This document shows, piece after piece, positions 28,370 through 37,541 of a DNA stretch of 64,000 nt. The DNA comes from Candidatus Omnitrophota bacterium. Its GTDB lineage: Bacteria > Omnitrophota > Gorgyraeia > Gygaellales > Profunditerraquicolaceae. The first letter of the stretch is position 1. The number at the start of each line of letters is the position of its first letter. Position numbers and translations under genes: made by a program. The notes below the pieces were generated by a model. That model saw nothing but the letters and a program-made list of their open reading frames with translations. It searched no databases and was not told where the DNA came from. Where the stretch lies: assembly GCA_030650425.1 (NCBI GenBank), contig JAUSED010000005.1, forward strand, positions 142,932 to 206,931, in the 5' to 3' direction.

Positions 28370-28407
28370 GAGAGATATTAATTATTAAAATATTTAATAT
28401 AATTATT

Positions 28408-28436
28408 GAATATTTTGCAAATTGAGGCATAATAGT
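28408..28436 (+). promoter_or_regulatory. Candidate promoter for the PilZ genes (TTGAAT-17-CATAAT)
   Basis: AT-rich intergenic region. Motif spacing is plausible. Confidence 0.3.
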
Positions 28437-28500
28437 GTTAAGTTTACTTGTATCAGCGGGTTAGGAACGTAAGAATGTTTAGCAAAAGCTTGGAGGTGGG

Positions 28501-28857
28501 ATGGAAGAACAGCGTTGCGCGGCGCGCTGGAAGATTAATCAGGAAGCAGATTTGTGCGTTGATGAAGGAATTAAATCCATTCCTTGCGTAGTGGAAGATA
28601 TAAGCTCCCGCGGCATGCGTGTTTCTTTGGGAAAGGATCTCTTCCCTGATGTTTTCGCAAATTTTAACCTTACTCTTAGCGATGATTTTACATTTAACGC
28701 CGGAGCTCAAGTGGCTTGGGCTGAGAAAATCTATGAAAAAAATGTTTACGGGCTTAGTTTTAGCCGCATAGAAGAATCGACGAAAAACAGGATATGCCGA
28801 TATGTCCAAGATAATTTTCCTACTGAAATGACCAAACAAGCGTGGAGCGGAATATAA
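28501..28857 (+). CDS. PilZ domain protein
   Basis: QRCAARW (RxxxR) and EDISSRG (DxSxxG) motifs. GGAGGTGGG SD. Confidence 0.7.
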   Translation: MEEQRCAARWKINQEADLCVDEGIKSIPCVVEDISSRGMRVSLGKDLFPDVFANFNLTLSDDFTFNAGAQVAWAEKIYEKNVYGLSFSRIEESTKNRICRYVQDNFPTEMTKQAWSGI

Positions 28858-29517
28858 ATGTACGAACGCAGAAAATTAGCAAGATGGTTAGTTAACCAGC
28901 AGGCTAAAATTAGATTAGAAAAGAAAGATTGCGCGGTGCCTTGCTACATCAAAGAGATCAATTTTAGCGGAATGCAGATTGTTTTGGCTCCTAGACTGGC
29001 GGCTAGCCGCTATATTAAATTCGAGCTGGCCTTATCTAACGAGTTTATGCTGAAGTCAGAGGTATGGGTAGCTTGGCACAAAGAAATCGAGGGCCGGAAT
29101 GTCTATGGGCTATATTTTAATAAATTAACGCAAGCGGATCGGGACGGAATTTATGAATTTCTTTTTAATAGGATTCCGGACAAATCTTTAGAAGGAGGTG
29201 AAAAGATGGAAGATCACAGGATATTCCAGAGGTTTAACGTTAGGTTCCCGGCTAAACTCTTAGATTTAACTAACGGAAACGAGTTCTCTGCTGAAACCTG
29301 CGATATCAGCGCCAAGGGTATCGGGTTTGTGCTCAAGGATGACTTGCCCGCCAACACACCGCTAGAGGCTTGGTTGGAGGTTCCGGATAACCGTGAGCCT
29401 CTTTATGCCCGGGGTTTGGCTGTCTGGTCCCGGCAGGATGCTGACTTTGGATATCGTATTGGAATGGATTTGGAAAGAGCGGATCTGATGGGTCTGTCCA
29501 GAATTTTAAGAGTTTAA
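28858..29517 (+). CDS. Tandem PilZ domain protein
   Basis: Two RxxxR / DxSxxG pairs (ERRKLAR, HRIFQRF...CDISAKG). ATG abuts the previous stop. Confidence 0.7.
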   Translation: MYERRKLARWLVNQQAKIRLEKKDCAVPCYIKEINFSGMQIVLAPRLAASRYIKFELALSNEFMLKSEVWVAWHKEIEGRNVYGLYFNKLTQADRDGIYEFLFNRIPDKSLEGGEKMEDHRIFQRFNVRFPAKLLDLTNGNEFSAETCDISAKGIGFVLKDDLPANTPLEAWLEVPDNREPLYARGLAVWSRQDADFGYRIGMDLERADLMGLSRILRV

Positions 29518-29545
29518 AAAAGAGTTTAAAAAAAGAGCTTAAAAG
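29509..29545 (+). repeat. Three tandem 12-13 nt repeats, AGAG(T/C)TTAAAA(A)
   Basis: Overlap the PilZ stop codon. Lie just upstream of the SBP promoter. Confidence 0.6.
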
Positions 29546-29548
29546 CCC

Positions 29549-29577
29549 TTGACCTTGCCTAAAAAATATGTTAAATT
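29549..29577 (+). promoter_or_regulatory. Candidate sigma70 promoter for the sugar ABC operon (TTGACC-17-TAAATT)
   Basis: Sequence motifs only. Confidence 0.4.
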
Positions 29578-29645
29578 TTATATTCCTCCCCCTATAATAG
29601 GTAAGGAATAAAATCCAATATTATTATATAGGAAGAAAGGTTAGG

Positions 29646-30950
29646 ATGATAACTATGCGCTACGGAAAATTTTTATCGATTTTGGTAATCGCGTCTTTAT
29701 TCCTTTTCGCCGGCTGCTCCTCTAAGCCTTATTCTGGAAAATCCATTACCGTCTGGCACTGGATGACTGACCGCGAGCCGGCATTCAATGAATTGGCCAA
29801 GAGATATGAAGCCAAGACCGGGATAAAAGTAAATTTTGAGCTCTATGCTCCGTCGGATGCCTATTCACAGAAAGTGCGCGCGGCCGCGCAAGGAGCCAAC
29901 CTGCCGGATATCTTCGGGATACTCGGCGAGAAAAGGGATTTTTCCTCATTTATCAAAGCAGGCTTTATTCTTAACCTTACTCCTTATATGCTCGAGGATA
30001 ACGCGAAGTGGAAGAATAGTTTTTTTTCCAAGGCCTTAGCGGTAAATGAATTTAACGATGGTAACAGCTATGCTGTCGCGCCGGGTATTTACGGCGTTCC
30101 CATTGATATTATGACCATTCAAATGGTTTATAATAAGTCTTTATTCAAGGAATTAGGGTTTAATCCTAACCGTCCTCCGCAGACATTTGAGGAATTATTA
30201 GCAGTCGGCAAGAAGCTTAAGGCCGCTAATTTAGAGGGGTTAGTTTCCGGATGGGGCGAGATTTGGATGATTGATTGCTTAGCCAATAATTATGCCTTTA
30301 ATATCATGGGTAAAGATAAGGTGATCGCCACGATAAAGGGTGAGGTGCCTTATACTGATGCGGATTGGATTAAAGTCCTTTCTTTATTTAAGCAGATGCA
30401 GGAATCGGGGTTATTGGCGAGCGGCATCGTTACGATGGTGAATAAAACCGCCGAACAGTTATTCGCCAATGAAAAGGCGGTTTTTGCTTTTAACGGCTCC
30501 TGGAGCGTAAATGTTTATAAAGGAATGAACCCGAAACTTGAATACGGAGCTTTCCTTCCGCCAAAGGCTTCCGATAAATATCCGATGGCTATCTGGGGAG
30601 GCGCGGGCTCGTCATTTATGATTAATGCCCGTTCAAAAAATAAAGAAGAAGCGGTTAAATTTTTGAGCTGGCTTACGGAAACGCCCCAGCAGGCATACTT
30701 GGCGGAGGCTACGAATAATCTGCCGGCAAACAAGGATAGTATAAATAAAATTTCCGACGTCATGGCAAGTTTTGCCAAGGCGATGGATTATGCCACGCAT
30801 CCGAATGTGTGGGGAGTCTCGGAATTTTCCCCGGTAATTGAGGCGTTTGATAAAGGGATTCAATCCATAATCATCGGAGAGAAGACACCGGAACAAGTGG
30901 CGGCGGAAGTGCAGAAAATCAAAGAAAGAGAATTGGCCAAGAAAAGATGA
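29646..30950 (+). CDS. ABC transporter substrate-binding lipoprotein (carbohydrate, family 1 SBP)
   Basis: Lipobox LFAGCSS and overall extracellular solute-binding protein family 1 similarity. GGAAGAAAGG SD. Confidence 0.8.
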   Translation: MITMRYGKFLSILVIASLFLFAGCSSKPYSGKSITVWHWMTDREPAFNELAKRYEAKTGIKVNFELYAPSDAYSQKVRAAAQGANLPDIFGILGEKRDFSSFIKAGFILNLTPYMLEDNAKWKNSFFSKALAVNEFNDGNSYAVAPGIYGVPIDIMTIQMVYNKSLFKELGFNPNRPPQTFEELLAVGKKLKAANLEGLVSGWGEIWMIDCLANNYAFNIMGKDKVIATIKGEVPYTDADWIKVLSLFKQMQESGLLASGIVTMVNKTAEQLFANEKAVFAFNGSWSVNVYKGMNPKLEYGAFLPPKASDKYPMAIWGGAGSSFMINARSKNKEEAVKFLSWLTETPQQAYLAEATNNLPANKDSINKISDVMASFAKAMDYATHPNVWGVSEFSPVIEAFDKGIQSIIIGEKTPEQVAAEVQKIKERELAKKR

Positions 30951-31819
30951 AGTTTAAATCTACCTTAGAAAATTATGTTTTCGTAGCTCCCGCGGTAATC
31001 ATCTTCGCTATATTTTACATCATCCCTTTTATCTCGGTTTTTCAGCTGGCGTTTTTTGATTGGGACGGGATACTCCCGACCAAGATTTTTGTGGGTTTAA
31101 GCAATTTCAAAGAGATTATCGCGGATAAAGTCTGGTGGCAGTCTGTCTGGCAATCCGGTTACATTACTTTAATCGCGCTTACCTTTCAGAACGCCGTCGC
31201 TTTCTTATTGGCGTGGGCCTGCGACCGCGAGATCCGCATGAAAAATTTTTATCGCCTGATATTTTTTATCCCTCCGGTTTTATCAGAAGTAGTGGTGGGC
31301 CTTGTCTGGCAGTGGATTCTAAACGGGAATTACGGGATCTTGAATTATTGGCTTACGCAATTTGGACTGGCTAATTTAGCGCATAATTGGCTTTCTGACC
31401 CGGACACCGCCTTAACTACGGTGGCCATCGTGCATTGCTGGAAAGGCTTTGGTTGGGGGTTCTTATTATTTTTAGCCGGCTTGCAGACTATACCGCGTGA
31501 ACTTTATGAAGCGGCGCGCGTGGACGGAGCGAACAGCTGGAATGCTTTTAAGAAAGTTACCATTCCTTTGATGATACCGGTAGTAGTCTTGGTAGCGATA
31601 CTGACGATCCTAGGGACAATGCAGGTTTTTGTCTTGATTTATACGATGACCGGAGGCGGGCCCGGGTATCATACGGAGGTCCCGGTATTAAGGATCTTAG
31701 CTTCTATGCGCGGCTCGTCGCGTTTCGGCTACGCCTGCGCGCAGGGGATAACCTTCGGCGTGATTTTATGTATGGTTTCTTTTACGCAGTATCTGGTGAA
31801 TAAAAGGGCAAAGGCTTAA
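30947..31819 (+). CDS. ABC sugar permease (MalF/UgpA-like)
   Basis: Multi-TM protein with an EAA-type loop (ELYEAARVDGANSWNAF). 4-nt overlap with the SBP gene. Confidence 0.8.
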   Translation: MKFKSTLENYVFVAPAVIIFAIFYIIPFISVFQLAFFDWDGILPTKIFVGLSNFKEIIADKVWWQSVWQSGYITLIALTFQNAVAFLLAWACDREIRMKNFYRLIFFIPPVLSEVVVGLVWQWILNGNYGILNYWLTQFGLANLAHNWLSDPDTALTTVAIVHCWKGFGWGFLLFLAGLQTIPRELYEAARVDGANSWNAFKKVTIPLMIPVVVLVAILTILGTMQVFVLIYTMTGGGPGYHTEVPVLRILASMRGSSRFGYACAQGITFGVILCMVSFTQYLVNKRAKA

Positions 31820-31821
31820 GC

Positions 31822-32670
31822 ATGCGTTCGACTATTTATTACAAAGCAAAAAAGACAAGCGAAAATATTATCATTCACCTATTCATGCTTACGGTGGCGG
31901 TGACTTGCATTTTTCCTTTGCTCTGGATGGTCTCTTCCAGCTTGAAGACCCAAGAAACAATTTTTAAGGATATGTCCATCATTCCCAAAGCGCTGCATTT
32001 TGAGAATTATTATCAGGCCTGGATTCAGGGCGGCTTTGGCCGCTATTTCCTGAACAGCCTAATTTATACGGTAGCAGTAGTCATTGGCATAATTATTATT
32101 TCCTCGCTGGCTGCTTACGCCTTTAGCCGCCTTAAATTCCCCGGGAAAAATATCATTTTTTTTATCTTTATCGCGGCGATGATGATTCCAATACAGGGAA
32201 GTTTCGTCGCCCTCTACGTGCTTTTAAATAAATTACATTTAAGGAACACGCCTGTGGGGTATATTTTGTGTATGATCAACGTGGGTTTATCAACCAGTAT
32301 CTTCCTGCTGAAAACTTTTTTTGACAAGATGCCTAAAGAATTGGAAGATGCCGCGCGTATAGACGGTTGTTCGAAATTCGGTATCTGGTGGAACGTAGCT
32401 CTGCCTTTAGCCAAGCCAGTATTGGCTGTCGTGGTAGTATTTAACGCGTTGAATGTCTGGAATGAATTTATTCTCGCTCTGCTTATTTTTGATTCCCGGC
32501 CGCTGATGCCGCTGCAGGTGGCCTTAATCACCTTTCAGGGAGAATTTGTCACCCGCTATCCGCTTTTAATGGCCGGCTTAACTATATCGATAATACCTAT
32601 ATTATTACTCTATGTTTTGATGCAGAAGTATATTGTTAAGGGAGTAACTCAAGGAGCGGTGGTAGGATGA
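31822..32670 (+). CDS. ABC sugar permease (MalG/UgpE-like)
   Basis: EAA loop LEDAARIDGCSKFGIWWNVALP. Confidence 0.8.
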   Translation: MRSTIYYKAKKTSENIIIHLFMLTVAVTCIFPLLWMVSSSLKTQETIFKDMSIIPKALHFENYYQAWIQGGFGRYFLNSLIYTVAVVIGIIIISSLAAYAFSRLKFPGKNIIFFIFIAAMMIPIQGSFVALYVLLNKLHLRNTPVGYILCMINVGLSTSIFLLKTFFDKMPKELEDAARIDGCSKFGIWWNVALPLAKPVLAVVVVFNALNVWNEFILALLIFDSRPLMPLQVALITFQGEFVTRYPLLMAGLTISIIPILLLYVLMQKYIVKGVTQGAVVG

Positions 32671-34922
32671 AAAAGTTTATTGCGTTAATTGGGTTCGTTG
32701 CGTTAATTGGGTTGACAAATGTTTATTGCCAGGATAAACCTTCTTCAGGTGAATTAATCAACAAATCCTGGGCTGCGCATGGAAAAAGGGATATTGAAGC
32801 GACCTTTAAATCTACGCAACAACTGATTGATTTATACAAAGATGAAGCGGATAAGCAAGAAGCGGGTTTAAAGGCGCTGCCTAAGGCCAAGCATGAAATC
32901 GAAGAAGTGCAGGCGTTGAATGACGTGGCTACCGCTTATTTTATTCAGGCTGAGTCTTATATGCGTCAGGATAAGCCAGCCGAAGCCAAGAAAATATTTA
33001 AATTGATCATTAGCCAATATCCTTTTGCTCAGGCTTGGGACCCGCGGGGATGGTTTTGGTCGATAAAACTGGCAAGCGAGCAGAGCATTAAGAAGATGGA
33101 GACCGGTTCAATCGAAGTCGAGCAGAAGAAAAAAGTGAGCCAGCTTCCTACGAAAATTGTCCTTTATGATCCCGGAAGCGAAGAAGTTGTAGATTACGAA
33201 AAATACGGAGAATTTAAGAACGTAGGAACCAAGGATTACAAATATAGCGTTAAAGATCAGGAAGGCCTGATGGCTGCCGTAGGAGAAGGAATCTATCCTA
33301 ACACCAGCGCGGTAAGATGGGATCCGGAGTTTAAGAAGGCGCAAAAAGAAAAGCGGCTTGACGGAGACCTTTGGGATTTTTCGCATTCGCCGGATTTGGA
33401 AGCGGCATTCTTGAAATGGGCCACGGCCAGTGAGCCGCAAGGGGTTAGGTTGTTTTATACCGCGCTAAGCTTAGAAAAATCCGGGTTGATTAAACACGCG
33501 CTCAAATGCTATTACGCGATCGTCGCGCATTATCCCGGCAGCTATGGCTGGACCTATTGGCATACGCCTTGGTACGTGGGCCAGGCCGCGATTGCCAAGA
33601 TAAATTTTATCCTGCGCAATAATCCTCAGATAGGCTATAGGCTTGAAGGCGCGGATATCAGGATCATCAATGGTTATGATAATGAAGTGGCTAATGACAT
33701 AGCGATAGTCAACCCGGGGAAATTTGTTAAGGTTAGTTTACTGGATAAATTTAATCTTACTTCGCGGAGCGGCCCATCTGATATTGTCGAGCGATCCGGG
33801 AATGGAAGAGTGTACACCGTTAAATACGAAGGCGGAGACTGGCAGCTTATGGTTAGCGGTAAGCCTTATATAATCAAAGGTATGAATTACAGCCCGACTA
33901 AGGTAGGCCAATCTCCAGATGAAGGAACGCTCACCAGCTGGATGGAGGATGATTTTAATCATAACGCTAAGGCCGATGGCCCTTACGACGCCTATTTAGA
34001 TACGGACCCGAAAAAAACACCAGTGGGTGATTTTAAACTTATGCGGGATGCCGGAGTAAATACTATTCGGCTTTATCACCATCCGCATAAGGTAGTTAAA
34101 GAAGTCCTGCGTGATATGTATAAGGCCTATGGTATTCGCGTGATCATGGGGGATTTTCTGGGTAAATACGCGCTTGGTTCAGGCGCGGCCTGGAATCCCG
34201 GGACCGATTATAATAATGAAGAGCAGAAGAAAAATATGATCGAATCGGTAAAACAAATGGTCAATGAATATAAGGATGAGCCGTTTATATTATTCTGGCT
34301 CTTGGGTAATGAGAATGTTTATGGTTATGCCTGTAACGCCGATACCGAGCCGGACGCCTTTTTTAAATTTGCCAATGAAGTAGCCAAGATCATCAAATCT
34401 ATTGATCCGAACCATCCGGTGGCCATCTGCAGCGGGGATATTTTGTTTATGGATAAATTCGGAAAAGACGCTCCGGATATCGATATCTTTGGAACCAATG
34501 CTTATCGCGGGGATTATGGATTCGGCCGTCTATGGAGGGGCGCAAGGGAAGAGGCGGGTAAACCTGTCTTTATTACTGAATTCGGTTGTCCTTCCTACGC
34601 AGAAGGAAAAACTACCCAAGAGGCGGAAGAGGCGCAAGCAGCGTATCATAAAGCTTCTTGGGAAGATATCGAAGAGAATATGGCTTTTAAATCAGGAACG
34701 GGAAACGCGATCGGCGGGGTAGTTTTTGAATGGCTCGATGAGTGGTGGAAGGCCTATGAGCCGGCGATCCATGATACCAAGGGTTTGTGGGCAGGCCCGT
34801 TCCCCGACGGTTTTATGCATGAGGAGTGGCTTGGGCTTTGCGGACAGGGGAACGGCAAAGATAGCCCGTTCTTACGCCATTTACGTAAGGCTTATTATAC
34901 GTATCAAAGGCTTTGGAAATAA
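32667..34922 (+). CDS. Secreted TPR-like plus clan GH-A (GH5/GH72-like) glycoside hydrolase
   Basis: Signal peptide. YIIKGMNY, LLGNENV (acid/base NE) and FITEFGC (nucleophile E) motifs. Paralogue of 36306-37541. Confidence 0.6.
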   Translation: MKKFIALIGFVALIGLTNVYCQDKPSSGELINKSWAAHGKRDIEATFKSTQQLIDLYKDEADKQEAGLKALPKAKHEIEEVQALNDVATAYFIQAESYMRQDKPAEAKKIFKLIISQYPFAQAWDPRGWFWSIKLASEQSIKKMETGSIEVEQKKKVSQLPTKIVLYDPGSEEVVDYEKYGEFKNVGTKDYKYSVKDQEGLMAAVGEGIYPNTSAVRWDPEFKKAQKEKRLDGDLWDFSHSPDLEAAFLKWATASEPQGVRLFYTALSLEKSGLIKHALKCYYAIVAHYPGSYGWTYWHTPWYVGQAAIAKINFILRNNPQIGYRLEGADIRIINGYDNEVANDIAIVNPGKFVKVSLLDKFNLTSRSGPSDIVERSGNGRVYTVKYEGGDWQLMVSGKPYIIKGMNYSPTKVGQSPDEGTLTSWMEDDFNHNAKADGPYDAYLDTDPKKTPVGDFKLMRDAGVNTIRLYHHPHKVVKEVLRDMYKAYGIRVIMGDFLGKYALGSGAAWNPGTDYNNEEQKKNMIESVKQMVNEYKDEPFILFWLLGNENVYGYACNADTEPDAFFKFANEVAKIIKSIDPNHPVAICSGDILFMDKFGKDAPDIDIFGTNAYRGDYGFGRLWRGAREEAGKPVFITEFGCPSYAEGKTTQEAEEAQAAYHKASWEDIEENMAFKSGTGNAIGGVVFEWLDEWWKAYEPAIHDTKGLWAGPFPDGFMHEEWLGLCGQGNGKDSPFLRHLRKAYYTYQRLWK

Positions 34923-34994
34923 TTTTCGTGGAGGAGAAAGGAGCGAGTCGGCACCTGTAACTTAAAACCTATAACCTAAAACCCAAAAAGGAGG

Positions 34995-36161
34995 GTGTTT
35001 ATGAAAAAGTTAGTGATGTTTTTAGCAGTCTTGGCTTTAGCTATGCCGATCATAGCTATGGCTGAAGAAAAAGCAACAGAAGCGACGACAGCGCCAAAGG
35101 AATTTGTGGTTTATAGCGATAAAGGCGCAAGGATTAACCACTACATTCCTTCGGGATGGATGGGTGATTATGGCGACATTAAGATGAATGACCAAGCAGC
35201 GGATAATCCCCATAGCGGCGCAACCAGCATTCAGTTTGTCTACAACGCGAAAAAATCCCAGAATCAAGGTTGGGCAGGCGTTTATTGGCAGAACCCGGCG
35301 AATAACTGGGGAAACAAAAAAGGCGGTTTTGATTTAAGCGGGATGAATAAACTAACCTTTTGGGCCCGCGGCGCCAAAGGCGGCGAGGTGATTCAAAAGG
35401 TTATGATCGGCGGAATCAAAGGCACCTATCCGGATACATCAGTTGTGGAGATGGGCCCGATTGAGTTGACTGACGCCTGGAAAGAATACACCGTTAATCT
35501 TAGCGGGAAAGACCTTTCCTATATTAATGGCGGATTTGGCTGGACCACGACCGCGGATTTAAATCCCGATGGAGCGACTTTCTACATTGACGATATTAAA
35601 TTTGAGTCGGATCCCGCGTTAAAACCTGAAGGCAAAAAGCAGGAAGCTGTTCCGTTTTATGTTTATTCCGATCGCTCTTCAGCGAAGAATCATTTTATTC
35701 CTTCGGGTTGGATGGGCGATTACGGTGACATAAAATATGACGGTTCCTCAAAGGAAGACCCCTATTTAGGGGATACCTGCATAAAGATAGCCTACAATGG
35801 CCAGAAGGCGCAAAGCGCCGGCTGGGCAGGGATATTCTGGCAGAACCCGGCGAATAACTGGGGGACGATTGATGGCGGATTTGATTTATCCAAAGCAACC
35901 AAGCTCTCCTTCTGGGCCCGCGGGGCCAAAGGCGGCGAACGCGTCGAAGAGTTTAAAGTCGGCGGGATCATGGGTGAGTTCTCTGATTCTGATAGCGCGG
36001 TTATCGGCCCGGTTATGTTAGAGAAGGAATGGAAGCAATACAGCATCGATCTTAAGGGTAAGGATATGTCTTATATTATCGGCGGTTTCTGCTGGTCGGC
36101 GAATGTCGATAATAATCCCGAAGGAGCTACTTTCTATCTGGATGAGATTAAGTACGAATAA
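34995..36161 (+). CDS. Secreted protein with two tandem roughly 180-aa carbohydrate-binding-module-like repeats
   Basis: Signal peptide. Internal duplication (YSDKGARINHYIPSGWMGDYGDIK / YSDRSSAKNHFIPSGWMGDYGDIK; GWAGVYWQNPANNWG twice). Confidence 0.55.
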   Translation: MFMKKLVMFLAVLALAMPIIAMAEEKATEATTAPKEFVVYSDKGARINHYIPSGWMGDYGDIKMNDQAADNPHSGATSIQFVYNAKKSQNQGWAGVYWQNPANNWGNKKGGFDLSGMNKLTFWARGAKGGEVIQKVMIGGIKGTYPDTSVVEMGPIELTDAWKEYTVNLSGKDLSYINGGFGWTTTADLNPDGATFYIDDIKFESDPALKPEGKKQEAVPFYVYSDRSSAKNHFIPSGWMGDYGDIKYDGSSKEDPYLGDTCIKIAYNGQKAQSAGWAGIFWQNPANNWGTIDGGFDLSKATKLSFWARGAKGGERVEEFKVGGIMGEFSDSDSAVIGPVMLEKEWKQYSIDLKGKDMSYIIGGFCWSANVDNNPEGATFYLDEIKYE

Positions 36162-36192
36162 GAGTAACATTTGAGGTTTAGTTTTACGTCAT

Positions 36193-36284
36193 TGCGAGCA
36201 GGAAAAGGTGACAGTCACGGAGAAAAGGTAACAGTCACGAAATACGTGACTGTTACCTTTTCTTCACCTTTCCTGGCTCGCGAT
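36193..36284. repeat. Nested palindromic element containing AAAAGGTAACAGTCACG-AAATAC-GTGACTGTTACCTTTT (perfect 17-bp stem) plus an outer GCGAGCAGGAAAAGGTGA/TCACCTTTCCTGGCTCGC stem
   Basis: Intergenic. Related to the element at 54557-54595. Probable terminator or REP-like element. Confidence 0.7.
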
Positions 36285-36305
36285 GGCTCAAACATTTAAA
36301 CATTT

Positions 36306-37541
36306 GTGAAAAAATATTACCTTTTTGCTATTCTATTGATTTTCTCCATTACCGGAACTTCTTGCAAGCATCCTCCCAAAGTTTTTATTAAACAATTAAG
36401 GAATAACCATTACCAGCTTATGGCCGATGGCCAGCCTTACATTGTAAAAGGCGTCTGTTACAATCCTATCCCTATCGCTAAAAATCATGAATATGACTGG
36501 TGGTCTGATCCTAAAAAGCCCTGGCTCGTCGATGGCAAGCTGATGCGGGAGATGGGGGTTAACACGATCAGGCTTTATCAGGTGAATGAAAATATGGAAG
36601 GGGTAAAAACAGTAATCCGGGATTTGTATGAAAAATACGGGATCCGTACGATTATCGGAGACTGGCTGGGTTTTTGGGAATACCCGTGTCCGTTTTACGG
36701 AGACGCGAAATTCCGGGAAAGGATAAAGAAACAGGTTCTGGATTTGGTCACCGCGCTTAAGGATGAACCGGGCATACTCCTTTGGATACTGGGGAATGAA
36801 AATAATTATTCTTGCATCGGTACGGTGAATCGCTGGTCAAGCGAAGAGATCGATAAAGAGCCGGATCCGCAGAAACAAAAGGCTATGCGCGCCAAGACTT
36901 ACTATTCTTTTGTTAATGATATCGCTAAGTCCATCCATAAGCTTGACCCTAATCATCCGGTAGCTTTGGGTAACGGAGAATTAGTCGCTTTGGAGTACGC
37001 CAATACAGCCGCGCAAGACGTGGATTTAGTGGCTTGCATTATCTATCGCGGCAAAACCTTTGGCAATCTCTTCAGGTCATTGCGGGCGACTTTTGATAAA
37101 CCTATTCTTTTATCAGAATTCGGCGCGGATGCTTACGACGCATATTTAAAAAAAGAAGACCAGAACACGCAGGCATTTTTCTTAGAGTCGCAGTGGCGCC
37201 AGATTTACGAAAATCTTGCCGGCCAAAAGAACGGAGCAGGCAATTGTCTTGGCGGCACAATCTTCGAATGGACTGATGAATGGTGGAAGCATAATCCGGA
37301 TAATCCCGAAGGCTGGAGCGCGCACGATACCGAAGCAGGCTGGTCAAGCGGCAGTTATTACTTTGATATCAAAGCTCCCGGGAATATGAATATGAATGAA
37401 GAGTGGTTTGGGATGGCGGCTTTATCTAAGGACGCGTCCGGTTCTTTGGATATACGCGTTCCGCGCAAGGCTTATTATGTGGTCAGAGAATTCTGGAAGA
37501 AACCGGATTTAAATAACAAGAAAAAGAAGGTGAAAAAATGA
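36306..37541 (+). CDS. Clan GH-A (GH5/GH72-like) glycoside hydrolase lipoprotein
   Basis: GTG start. Lipobox ITGTSC. YIVKGVCYNP, ILGNENNYS, LLSEFGADAY and IFEWTDEWWK motifs shared with 32667-34922. Confidence 0.6.
   Translation: MKKYYLFAILLIFSITGTSCKHPPKVFIKQLRNNHYQLMADGQPYIVKGVCYNPIPIAKNHEYDWWSDPKKPWLVDGKLMREMGVNTIRLYQVNENMEGVKTVIRDLYEKYGIRTIIGDWLGFWEYPCPFYGDAKFRERIKKQVLDLVTALKDEPGILLWILGNENNYSCIGTVNRWSSEEIDKEPDPQKQKAMRAKTYYSFVNDIAKSIHKLDPNHPVALGNGELVALEYANTAAQDVDLVACIIYRGKTFGNLFRSLRATFDKPILLSEFGADAYDAYLKKEDQNTQAFFLESQWRQIYENLAGQKNGAGNCLGGTIFEWTDEWWKHNPDNPEGWSAHDTEAGWSSGSYYFDIKAPGNMNMNEEWFGMAALSKDASGSLDIRVPRKAYYVVREFWKKPDLNNKKKKVKK

Noticed and set aside
65-28369. CRISPR array or integron attC array as an explanation for the regularly recurring repeat
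   Set aside because: Repeats are 13-20 nt with 0.15-2.9 kb intervening segments, all coding and in frame. There are no palindromic attC-like 60-120 bp sites, no cas or intI gene in the window, and no spacer-like uniform lengths.
34402-34965. ORFs 34402-34722 and 34726-34965 (Arg/Lys-rich peptides)
   Set aside because: Alternative frames inside or overlapping the 32667-34922 hydrolase gene. Low-complexity basic translation, no SD.
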